Source: Candidatus Saccharimonadota bacterium (lineage in GTDB: Bacteria > Patescibacteriota > Gracilibacteria > BD1-5 > UBA2023). From it: 32,000 bases of DNA. Every line of letters begins with the position of its first letter. The first letter of the stretch is position 1. This document shows positions 9,615 through 20,441 of this stretch, piece by piece. Below the pieces are notes generated by a model that searched no databases, had not been told where the DNA came from, and saw nothing but the letters and a program-made list of their open reading frames with translations. The stretch spans positions 60,001-92,000 of the forward strand of contig BAAFHK010000002.1 in the NCBI GenBank assembly GCA_042852035.1. Direction: 5' to 3'. The position numbers were made by a program, and so were the translations under genes.

Positions 9615-12600
9615 ATGACATCTCTTTTTCGCAAGTTCCTTGCCTCTTCCTTGGTGGGTACCCTCCTGCTAAGTAATACGGTTTCTCTATTTCTCGTAGA
9701 GAGTACATATGCCGCGCCTGATTCGGATGGTTCTGCAAATATTGACCTTTTTGTCACACCTACAGTGCCAACGAGTTCACTGATTGGTACGAATTTTACC
9801 TATGATGTAAGTCTTGAAAATAAGACTTCTTCCGATGGTGATGGATATCGACCATGATTTATCTTATCGCTTCCGGCTTGAGTGAATCTTGTGAGTACTT
9901 GAGTTCTCGGAAGTCCAGTTCGGACCGTTGTTCATAATAGTGGAAGTACCCTATTATTTTTTGAGACAAGTCTCATTAGTCTCAAGAGTACAACAGTCCA
10001 CTATCCTATTACTCTTGTATCAAATAATACGGCTTGAGTCTTTGTAAATAAGGATATAGGAGTTTTGGTTTATGCTGATGATAGTATATATGGTCGTGGA
10101 GCAGCTCCTTCTGGTGCTCCTCCAGGGACTTTGACATGAGGAATTGATTTTGCTGCTGGCAGTGGAGTAACTATGCCAGATACGACTAATATGACTTTCC
10201 CAAACAATATTAATAGCAGTACAAATCTCAGCACTCTGCCATTTGTTACTCCTCAGACTCGATTTTTTCCTTTTGATGTAAGAAAAGAAGAAGAACCGAA
10301 AGAGCTCATCGGAATACCATTTCTTACGACGCTTCGAGTAGTAGGGAATAGTATGGGGCCATTACAACACTTTCACATACAAGACGTTATCCCTACGAAT
10401 AGGGCATTTTCATGAATTGTATCGGTGGTGGGATGAACCGTAGGAGGTACGAATATTACCTATGATGCTCCAGCTGGATGACAGGTTACTCTTGATTTTA
10501 CTGATATCTCCGTCCCAACATCATCAGAAGTGGTTATTACGTATGAAACTATTCCTCTTGCCTATGATGCAATGAGTTATAGTGGATGAGTCCCAGTACT
10601 TGATACAGGAAGTGTTGTTCCTCACCGTGATCCATCACCAAATACTGTTACTATGCACACTGGTGGGCTTGCGCTCGTTGGTTGACCATACGCTCCAAGT
10701 ACATGGAACAATGGAACTTCAGATATCCTTGTAAATTCGACAAGTATCATTCCACCAAAGACCACTCAAGTCTACAATCGCTATGCAAGACTCTCTAAGG
10801 GTGGAAATGTAAGTCAGGCGGTTATTTGAGATGTTGTGACTTATACGATTAATCTTGAAACGGCGAAAAATGCAGCATTTACCACAAACGCTACAGGAAC
10901 ATATATCGAGGATCACCTTCCTGATGGGCTTACTTACTCAGGTACCCTAAGTTCTACAGTTACATCATGAACGCCACTTACTTTCGTTTCTGCAACAACA
11001 GATGGAAATGGTGATACCACGGTTATTTGGCAGCTTAATTCATGAGTTATTGGTGCCAATGCAAATGTTCAGATTGTATATCAGGCAGTGCTAGATGGAC
11101 TCTTTGAAGGAGCAGGACCAACAGAATATGTCAATACACAAACCCTCGTAAATGATGCTGCATTTTATGGTACTGTTGGAGATGGCGGACTCTCTGGAAT
11201 ATGGGGAGCGACAGATCCATCAAAAGTGGATACTTCAGTGTATATCCATGCTTCACGTTATGATGATAATGCTGTAGCTACGGTAAATGCTCCAGTCCCA
11301 ACCATGAAGAAGCAGCTTATATCTGTCACGGTTCCTGGTGGTATGGTGTACGATTATAATACAGGACTTCCAGGATCTATCCCTCCGGGTTCAGCACTAA
11401 GATTCGCTCTTACTATGGACTTCCCGAAAGTGAATTTTCTAAATCCTAAGATTATTGATGCTCTCCCTCTTCTTGCTTGACCGAATACGAGCGCCTATAA
11501 CATAGCCTTCCAGACGAATCCAAGCCTGAAGGATATTTATAATTCAGGGGTACTTTTCAATACCAATGATGGAACCACTCCTTCATCAGACTTTAATGGA
11601 CTCAATCTCATAGGTACAACCATACCAAATGCAGCTTGGATTAGTGCTACACCAGCAAATAACCTTGAATTTCAACTCAATTCATGAGTAGGAAAGAAGA
11701 CCTTTGCTATCCTTTTTACTGTAGATGTATTATCAACTGAACCAGCAGGAGGAGTATCAACCTCGGGTCTTGTTCCACTTACAAACTATGCTTATAGTAC
11801 TTATAGCGATCCATCAGGTTCTCCTCTTCTTCTTCCAGTTATGGATATACCATTTACTGTAAATTTTCCATCAGTGAGTGCTACAAAGACGGCATCTGGC
11901 TGAACAAATGTGGAAGCTGGAAAAGATATTACCTATACTATTACTCTCACGAATACTGGTTCAAGTCCAGCATTTCTCGAAAATATTATCGATACACTCC
12001 CAGCAAATATGGACTTTATTACAGGTTCTATCATGGCCAGTGGTGCTGTCTCTAATCTTGCTGATTCTGCTTTTGTACAATCAGGGAATGTTCTCACTCT
12101 GGCATTCGATACAGGTTCTACATGAGTCAATAGAAGCTATATTCCGACAGACAATACGGGTACACCAACGGTAAAAGAAAATATTGTAGTTATTCAATAT
12201 ACTATCCGACCAAATACCAGTTTCGTCATCGCATGAGGCGCAACTCGCACCAATACTGTTACACTCGATTACTACGCGAGTTCTGGAGCTATCTCAAATG
12301 GTGTGAATAATCTTGGTCCTGTAACCACTTCTTCAAATGTAACCGTAAAATCCCCTTCAGTAACTCGTTCACTGCTTTCAACCACAGAAGTGGATAGTGC
12401 TACGAACAATCTCTATGTAGGTGAAGAAGTTACGTATCGTACGATTATTACCCTTCCAAATGGTACATTTAACCTCGCGAATTATACGGAAGCAATAAAT
12501 ACGAACCTTCAGTTCCTTACATGAACAGTAGTGTCATATAGTTGAGGTCTTACATTTTCAAATGGTACAACATTCTCTGGTCCTACAGTAAATTTCTGAA

Positions 12601-15600
12601 CCATTACAAATGCTGATACAGATCCAAATACTCTTGAAACTGTCGTTATCGATACTGTATACCGTGTAAAATCGACAGCGGTTGCAGGCACAAATTACAA
12701 TAATAATGGTACTTTTACATACTCTTCTACTTCAGCAGCCTCAGGAATCGTTGTAAATGTCCGAAAGCCGACTGTTACCCTTTCAAAATCCGTATCACCA
12801 ACAACCGGTGATGCAGGAAATATCGTCACGTACACAATTACTGCAAACAATACGAGTACTACGGCAGATGCTTATGATATCCATATTACCGATGTGCTTC
12901 CATCATATCTTACTTATGTAACTGGAAGTCTCTCACTCGGATCTTATTCTGGAACATATACCGACCTCTTTTCTGGAAGTGGTGGAGGAAATGGTCTAAC
13001 TCTTGATCGTATACCAGTTTCTTCTGGTGCATCATTTAGTTTCCAAGCTCTCCTCAATGATACTGTTCAACCAGCAAATAGTTACACTAACAGGGCAGAT
13101 CTTATCTATGATACTCTTGATGATGATAATTCTCTCTATGAATGGAGCGGTGGAGTTTCTGCTACTGCGGTTGTGAGTGTTCCAGATGTGACACTTACTC
13201 ATGCTATTACTTCTACGAGCCTTGCTGATACAACAAGTGCACTCTTTAGTGGGGCTATTGTTGATGCGGCAATAGGGGAACATATTTTCTACACTACAAC
13301 TCTTGGCTTTCCAGAATGATTTGCAACAGGAGTGACTCTTACTCAAACACTCCCTTCAAGCATGAAATTTCTTTCTGGATATATTCTCTTTGATGGAGTA
13401 AAATCTCACACACTTTCAAATATAGTCATTGGTCCAAATAATATTATTACATTCTCTCTCGGTGATATCGATAATGCTGGAATAGGTGCAGGAACTGGCA
13501 TAACAATTGTTACCGAAGCAGTTATGCTAGATAATGTTGCTAATACTGCAGGGAGTATAAAAACTTCAACACTCCAGGTAAGCTATTCCGAGAAGACAAA
13601 ACTAGCAAATACCTTTGTTGAGCCTGTAGAACCAGCTCTCTCTATCGTAAAAGATTACTCACCAAATACAGGAGATGCAGGGGATACAATCCCAGTAACT
13701 ATTACGGTTACAAATACAAGTCAAGTCTATGCTTATGATGTGGTTCTTACGGATATTCCTCCTTCGAAACTTACCCCAGGAGTTGGATTTAGTGGAACTA
13801 TTAATATTGGTACTCTTGCCCCAGGACAGGTCGTAAACTTCAGCTATGATAGTACTATCAATAACACGGTAAATCCAGGAGAAATCCTTACGGGAACGGC
13901 AAGTGTTCTTTATACATCATATCCTGGAACTCCAGTCGATGGAGAACGATCATATACTGCTACGGATAATGATTTCATAAATATCGTTACCCAGTGATCA
14001 ATTGATATTACCTTACTTTCATCTCCAGATGTTGCAATAGGAAATATTTCTCAGTATGAAATCCGAATTCCAGTAGGTGAAGGAGTTACAAATGTTCTTG
14101 ATGTATCAGGCCTCCTTCCTCCTGGTATGGCTCTTATTCCTTCCAGTGTAGTTATTACTCCAGATCCAAGTATTACTTATTCATGAACAGTTACTCCAGT
14201 ATTGACACCATCTTCAGATACAATCACTGCTGGATCCTCTCAGACAGCTACATATACTTTCACAGGAGTAAATAACACCAATACAGATAACGGAACTACA
14301 GAGTATATTACTATCAGGTATGATGCAGTCCTTCTCAACAGTACAGATACAAATAATGGAGGTACAAAAAATCATAGCGTAACCGTACTCTATGATGGAT
14401 CAAATACAAAATCATGAGCCTCTCTTCCTATTACTATCCGTGAACCGAATGTTGTTCTTAGCGTATCAAATACCTACATGTATAATGCTTCAGTTCCGTA
14501 TGTATTTACCTTAGTAAACACAGGAACCTCCACGGCATACAACCTCGATCTTTCTACCCTTCTTCCTCCAGGGGTTTCATATACATGAAATATTAGCATT
14601 ACAAACTCCGGAGGGGCAGTGAACCTGATTCGAGTATGAGATACATTTACCATAGATTCTCTTCCAGTTAATTCCGGAAATCCTCTCGTCTTTACGATTA
14701 ATGGTGCTATTTCAGAATCTGTTCCGAATTTTACGAACCTCACTCTTACAGGTACAGTAGTTTATACATCAGAGGCTTGATCTCATGTTCCTCAGACATC
14801 AAACTCTCTTGATACAGAAAGAACAAGCTGATGAGGAGTAAATGATTATATTGATGCGAATAAGACCACATCATTTATCCTCAATATTCCACTTCTCGAT
14901 GAAGCGATTAGTGTACTCGATCTTAATGGTTGAGATGGGATTATCGGAGATATTTTCGAATATACAGTTACTCTTACCAATACAGGAAATGTAGCTCTTA
15001 CGAATATTCCAGTAAACCTTGATATTCCACTAGGATTTACAGGATTTGTTGTGACCTCTACTCCAGCAGGATCAATAAATCTCTCTACTTCTACAGGTTG
15101 AGTAAATGGTGTCTGATATCTCTCACTTTCAGGTGTTAACATTCCTATTGGTTCGAGCGTAAATATTGTCTATCGAGTTACTGCTCTTACCTCAGTTGTT
15201 CCAGGTACAACACTTTCAACGACGGCTCAAGTAGGAAATAGTTTTGAGTGAGCAATTTGAGGTACTCCAAGTGTCCCAGTTACCATCAATGCCCCTAAGC
15301 TACTTAGTACAGCATCTGAAATAGACCTCAATGGAGGAAGTATGCTCCAAAATGAGACCATAGAGCACAGATTTACTCTCACGAATACTGGTACAGCTAC
15401 GGGCACAAATCTCTCAGTTACTCTTACTTGGGGTACGGGTTCTCGATATACTCCAGAATCTCTAGTGTTCCAATCATGAACCCTTATAAATACAGGAACA
15501 GTGTTTGTAGATATAGTTTCGAATACAATAACATTTACTGTATTAGCCTTTCCTCCTTGAGCTACCGAAGCCTTTACCTTCCACAGTCTAACAACGGGAC

Positions 15601-16784
15601 CTATAGGAACAATTATTTCTAGTAATATAAATGGAACTGTTGATGAATGAGTATCGACATCGACCACAAGCAATCTCCTTATTATAGTAGATAATACTCC
15701 ATGAGCTGGCTGATCTCAGTGAGGATCATCCCCAGTCAATCAAGTACCAGTCTTTACTCCAACTAAGACAGAAGTACTTCCTCAAGTAACTCCTCCTTCT
15801 GAAAAAAAGCCAACAACCATTGTAAAGAGTCCTTTAGATAATGAATATAATAATTATCTTAAACTCAAGAAACGTTTGAGTGATCTTGTTGCTGAAGAAA
15901 ACATGGCAGGAGTGAAGCAATTTACTTCTCCGAAAGTTCTTCCGCAAACAGGAAAGAGTATTCTTTCAAGAGTTAAGAAGCTTGTGAACTCAAAATTGAA
16001 TCTTGAGGCTCCTACCTTTACTCACGGAGGAAAAGATGTACGAGACGATCTCGCGTTCTGGCTTACTGATGTACCAAAAGTAGATCAATCTCGAGATGAG
16101 TACATTGTTCTTCCATCAAATGGTATGGTGGTTCCAATTACTACAGCCCCAAAAGAGAGTGATGTCTATAAAAAACTGATTAGCGGAAGAGAAGGGAACA
16201 TCAACACTTACCTTAAGTCTTGAGTTCTGGTATATCCTGGGTCAAATAATCAATGATATGGTGGAATTGGAAATACAGTTGTCTTTGGTCATTCATCTTA
16301 CTGGAAGTCTGATGATGGAAGATATAAGACTCATTTTCAGAAGATTATTGAGCTTGATGTTGGTGAAGAGGTATGGGTATATAAAAAGCAAGCAGATTGA
16401 AGCTATAAGCGTTACCGTTATAATACAACCGCTTCTTATGAAGTAAAACCTACTGATGTCTCAGTCCTTGAGCCAGGAATAGGGAAGAATCTTACTCTCT
16501 TTACTTGTACACCGATTGGGAATATCGCGGGTCGTTGGGTAGTAAAGGCGAAATATATTGATGAAGAGAAAAAACATATCGAAGATCTTCTTTTTGGGAA
16601 GCTTCTTTCAAGTACTGAACAAAAAGAGGTTTCAAAGTATCTCCAATCCCTCAAATCTCTTACTATCGAAGATAAAAAATCAAGCCTTCTCAAAAAGTAT
16701 GACACAATAAATGCTTTAAACTCCAGTAACTATAAGAACTACTTCCTCATGCAAATTGCAAAAACATATAAGGAACTGAAATAA
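9615..16784 (+). CDS. giant secreted DUF11-repeat adhesin with C-terminal LPQTG motif and fused sortase domain (2389 aa)
   Basis: The frame of ATG 9615 was checked codon by codon to TAA 16782-16784. It has no TAA/TAG and 44 in-frame TGA by my count. It unites track ORFs 9615, 10173, 11088, 11910, 12303, 12894, 13332, 14202 and 15876. Signal peptide MTSLFRKFLASSLVGTLLLSNTVSLFLVESTYAAP. About nine modules carry the G(D/K)x(I/V)xYT(I/V)x(L/V)xNTG...(L/I)P signature. Confidence 0.8.
15939..15953 (+). other. LPQTG sortase-recognition-type pentapeptide inside the adhesin ORF (aa 2109-2113)
   Basis: CTT CCG CAA ACA GGA in the adhesin frame, in the context SPKV-LPQTG-KSILSRVKK. No hydrophobic helix follows it. 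Confidence 0.6.
16095..16562 (+). other. sortase catalytic domain encoded at the 3' end of the adhesin ORF
   Basis: DEYIVLPSNGMVVPI..., GNTVVFGHSSY (His codon 16290-16292), GKNLTLFTCTP (Cys codon 16506-16508) and AGRWVVKA (Arg codon 16533-16535). This is the His/Cys/Arg triad in the canonical sortase order and spacing. Confidence 0.7.
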
Positions 16785-16789
16785 AAATT

Positions 16790-16813
16790 TCCCTCGAATA
16801 GAGGGATTTTTTT
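16790..16813. terminator. bidirectional terminator between the adhesin gene and the convergent GIY-YIG operon
   Basis: TCCCTC (16790-16795), 5-nt loop, GAGGGA (16801-16806), then a T7 run. An A/T-rich run on the other side serves the minus strand. Confidence 0.65.
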
Positions 16814-16858
16814 CAGCAAATTTTCCTAACTTCCTATATGAAGTTTTAGGAAGAAAAG

Positions 16859-17104
16859 TTAAGAAGGTCAAAACATAATTTTCTCCTTCTCAATTCTTGA
16901 GAGCTTTTTGATAGCAATTTCCCGTTTTCTTGCATCACTTTCATTCTCATATTTCTCAAAATATATAAGTTTTACTGGTATTCTTCCACGAGTATACTTT
17001 GCTCATTTTCCACTATTATGAACTTTAAGTCTATTCTCTAAGTTATTAGTATACCCCGTGTAGTATGTATTATCATTACATTGAATGATGTAGGTAAAAT
17101 ACAT
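16859..17104 (-). CDS. GIY-YIG nuclease family protein (UPF0213/YhbQ-like, 81 aa)
   Basis: Minus strand, ATG 17104-17102, TAA 16861-16859. [70 protein letters not shown], where the Gly of GKGAKYT is TGA. The N-terminal extension in track ORF 17003..17215 is not needed. Confidence 0.85.
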
Positions 17105-17649
17105 TAGTGAGAAGAATAAATATATCTGAAAAGGTAATAATAGAATATCCAAAGTCAGTAGGCATATATAAGAACAAATGCTAATGGTTGTTTCATGAGT
17201 ATCATAAATCACCAAAATGCGAGAGAAAAGAGTATGTGGTAATAAAGGACATTTTTTCTGAGAGAACTATATTTTTCTCAGATCATAACCTTAGGAAAAT
17301 AAAATACCCAAATCCACCATATAAACATGCTCGATTGAAATGCATCCGGATTTCAAGAGGGGCTATTTCCAATAAAAATCCACTCTATTACGAAGAGTCA
17401 TAAGCATCAAAGTATAATTGATTCAGTTATTTTTGAGGTACGAGTTTGTTCTTTGGAAAAAGATTTTCTCCGTAGAAAGTAGTAAAGAGTGAGAAGTATA
17501 GTATAGAGGATGAGGGCTCAAGGAAATGATGCCCCGGGTACTATCATAGTATTTATAATGAATTCTGCAGGTGAGACAAAAAACAATCACCACAGGAGAA
17601 ATAGAAAATAGTTTTTTAAAGTGGATGTATTTTCTTGTATTTCTTGCAT
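17104..17649 (-). CDS. hypothetical polytopic membrane protein (181 aa), invisible under the standard code
   Basis: The minus-strand frame is open (no TAA/TAG, all triplets checked) from ATG 17649-17647 to TAA 17106-17104, with 8 in-frame TGA. Hydrophobic segments include [63 protein letters not shown] and [19 protein letters not shown]. The ATG is 2 nt after the MarC-like stop. The TAA overlaps the GIY-YIG ATG (TAATG). Confidence 0.55.
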
Positions 17650-17651
17650 AG

Positions 17652-18302
17652 TTACAATGAATGCTGACCTATCAGTACAAATATCATTTCTCAGAAAGTT
17701 TGAATAGCAACTCACATGAGGAAGAGTCCAAGAATACGAATGATGAGATGAGTTCCTGCTTCTCAAAGGCGCTTAATAAGCTTTCCTCCGTACATAATTA
17801 CGATAGCTGTTACTGCTGCTGCTAATATGATCGCTAGCATTCCATTTACGAGCCCATTTGAATGCATCGAAATAACATAAGCCATGCCTGGCGCAGAGAA
17901 AGTGAGAGGGAAGGCAAGAGGAATAATAAGTCCTTTATTCAGGTATTCATGAATAAGATGATCTCATTCTACTTTATTGATTTTGGTCGTATCAGCTTCT
18001 TCTCCTTGCACCATAGAGAATGCTATAAAGAAAAGAATAATGGCTCAGGCAATACGGAAGTATTCAGTTTTAAGTCAAAAAAATGCCAGAAGATACTGTC
18101 CAAATACAAATGTCGAAAGCATTGCTATAAGGAGTACAAGTCCAAGTCTCATACCATCTTTTCTATATTCCTTTGGATTCGCATTTGGGTGAAGTTTCGC
18201 ATAAAATGACAATGTTGTCAGTGGCTCAAGAAGAGCAATAAGTGACAAAAACATCGTAACAATTACGGTGATGCTAATAGATTCAAGGAATACAGTAATC
18301 AT
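17652..18302 (-). CDS. MarC family (UPF0056/NAAT) integral membrane protein (216 aa)
   Basis: Extends track ORF 18075..18302 through five TGA codons to TAA 17654-17652, with the frame checked. N-terminus MITVFLESISITVIVTMFLSLIALLEPLTTLSFY and the overall six-TM pattern resemble MarC-family proteins. Confidence 0.7.
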
Positions 18303-18344
18303 AGAGGATAAGTATAAGATTTTTTTATAAATGTAAAAGAAAAA

Positions 18345-18361
18345 CCCCCATTAAGTGGGGG
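18345..18361 (-). terminator. rho-independent terminator of the ABC-F gene
   Basis: CCCCCA / TGGGGG stem with a 5-nt loop. On the minus strand it is followed by a T-run (complement of AAAAGAAAAA), 5 nt after stop 18369-18367. Confidence 0.6.
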
Positions 18362-18366
18362 ATGAT

Positions 18367-19845
18367 TTATTCAAGTTCGAGGTATTCGTCAATTCGTACC
18401 TGCCAGACGAATTCATTCACGTGCGAGACAAGAATCATGGTTCCTTCGTATTCATCGAGGGCTTTGGCTATCACTGGTAGGTGTCGGAAGTTTATATGAT
18501 TCGTTGGTTCATCGAGAATAAGAAGACCGGGCTTTTCAAGTGAAAGTTTCGCGAACATAACGAGTCATTTCTGTCCCTCAGAGAGCGCTCCAACAGGAGT
18601 ATTCATGATTTCACCAGTAATAAGAAAACCAGCAGCAAAAGACCGGAGATCTTTATCGAGCATTTTTCGGTCTGTAGCATCAAAAAGGGTATCGTATACT
18701 TTTTTACTAAAATCAAGAGTTGAAAAATCCTGCCTATAGTATCCAATTTTTACTCCAGGAGTTATTTTTACACCTTTTGCCGTTCCATTTGCTATCGACT
18801 CGAGGAGAGTTGTCTTTCCGATGCCATTTGGTCCGGAGAGGAGAAGGTGACGATTTTTACCGAGAGCGATATCATTGACTGGCATCTCGAATGGCTCATG
18901 ATGTCGAATAACTTGAACACTTGTGATTTCTATAATGGTACCACCAATTCCTTCCTGATTTGGGATTATAAAATCTCGAATTGTTTTATCTTCTCTCCGA
19001 GTTTCTCAGATTTGGCCTTCCATTTCTTCTGCTTTTTCCGCGAGCTTCTTTGCTACTGCACGCAATTTCCCACCTTTGTGAGCAAATTGATTCGATTGGT
19101 CTTTTGCTGATTGTATTTCTTTTTCGAGTCGTGCATTTTCTCGATTCTGAGCTTCCATTTTTCTTTCCACTTGTTCAAGAGCATCATTGTAGTCTCCTAC
19201 GAATTGATCGATTTTTCGAGTAAACACATCGAGGTAGATAATTCCATCGGTAAAGCTATTCAAAAATTCTGCATCGTGTGAAATCACGAGCACGGTACCT
19301 TCATAATTTTGAAGAAATTGGGTCATATGCCATATTCCATCAGTATCGAGATTATTGGTTGGCTCATCGAGGAGAAGGATATCTGGTTTTTGTATAAGTG
19401 AGCTTGCGAGAAGGAGTCGTGCTTGTTGTCCGCCTGAGAAGCTTTTTACGATGCGTTTCAGGAATTCTTGAAAATTGAGGGTTTTTGGAGGGAGAAAATT
19501 CACTGCATCAAGAACTTCCTCAATGTCTCGGTCTATATTGTGAGCATCACTCCGAGAATACTTGCGAAAATAGTCATAGAGGTTCATCTCTTTATCTTCA
19601 GCAGGCATGACCTGTTTTGCGATAGCGATATGCTTTCCATTTGTGATATGGATTTTGCCTTCTTTCGGTTTGAGTTCACCAGTAATGAGCTTAAATATAG
19701 TAGATTTTCCAGCACCATTCTGCCCCATAAGAGTGATTTTTGATCCATCTCTCACTGAGAAGGATACTTCATCAAGAAGCCATTTTGGTGGAGCATATCC
19801 GAAAGTGATTTCATCGAAGCGAATAATGACATCTCATTTAGCCAT
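18367..19845 (-). CDS. ABC-F family ATPase (tandem ABC domains, no TM domain; 492 aa)
   Basis: Track ORFs 19006..19755, 18565..18885 and 18367..18558 are in frame and joined by TGA, with the gaps checked. Start MAK-G-DVIIRFDEITFGY at 19845. Two Walker A sites (GQNGAGKST, GPNGIGKTT), two signatures (SFSGGQQARL, LSEGQK) and two Walker B sites (LLLDEPTN, LILDEPTN), with a charged linker between them. Confidence 0.85.
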
Positions 19846-19984
19846 AGAGCAAATAGGTTATTTTTTTGGCGGATAATAGTGAAAAAATAAAAAAACTCAA
19901 ATATTTATTGGAAATATAAAAATATATTTGACAAATTACCATCAAATATATTGCTTCAATACAATACCAATATGAAAAAATATG

Positions 19985-20011
19985 AAATCTCTATCTGTTA
20001 TGAAGAGATTT
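19985..20011 (-). terminator. putative terminator hairpin of the small membrane-protein gene
   Basis: AAATCTCT (19985-19992) pairs with AGAGATTT (20004-20011), overlapping the stop codon. On the minus strand a T-rich run follows. Confidence 0.4.
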
Positions 20012-20324
20012 ATTTTCACTCGGTTTTCGTTTTTTGGACAATTCGTCTCCGAACGTCCCTTTTTTTTGAGGTATTAAAATAATAGACCCCGTCTATATAT
20101 ATGATCTTCCACCATTTTGCTGCCATAAGATACCCCCAAATAACTCCGAGAAATCATACCAGAAGATACGCTTCCTGTGACATAAGTATTCAAAGTACTC
20201 GATCAAGCTGGTTAAGAGGGATGATACGATATCTTGCAAGAAGGGTAAGTACTGAGAGATAGAGAAAGAAACTTATCATGGTTGTTAATACCATCATAAG
20301 AATCGTATAGAATATTTTTTTCAT
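20010..20324 (-). CDS. hypothetical small two-TM membrane protein (104 aa)
   Basis: Minus-strand frame open from ATG 20324-20322 to TAA 20012-20010 (all triplets checked; 3 TGA codons). MKKIFYTILMMVLTTMISFFLYLSVLTLLA and LLVGFLGVIWGYLMAAKWW are hydrophobic, and the tail is basic. No family recognised. Confidence 0.45.
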
Positions 20325-20441
20325 AGAAATTACTTTATGCCTAAAGAGTACTCTTTTCTCGACTCTTTGTCAATGAGAAAGGCTATCATTATTTATTTTT
20401 TTAGGAATATGTGCTATGCTTGGTCTATATAATTATATTTT

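Noticed and set aside
11900-11975. TGGTTCAAGTCCAG T-arm-like hairpin suggesting a tRNA inside the adhesin gene
   Set aside because: No complementary D stem or anticodon arm could be built. It encodes TNTGSSPA, part of a DUF11 signature.
15901-16784. A stand-alone sortase gene starting at internal ATG 15901 (MAGVKQFTSPKVLPQTG...)
   Set aside because: Not fully excluded. However, there is no TAA/TAG separating it from the adhesin frame, no convincing ribosome-binding site, and the would-be protein lacks the N-terminal membrane anchor typical of sortases. I therefore call a single fused ORF and flag the alternative in the finding.
17003-17403. Track ORFs 17003..17215 (-) N-terminal extension and 17188..17403 (+)
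   Set aside because: The GIY-YIG domain starts cleanly at MYFTYIIQC (ATG 17104). The region is better explained by the overlapping 181-aa minus-strand membrane ORF, which is open under table 25 and coupled to both neighbours.
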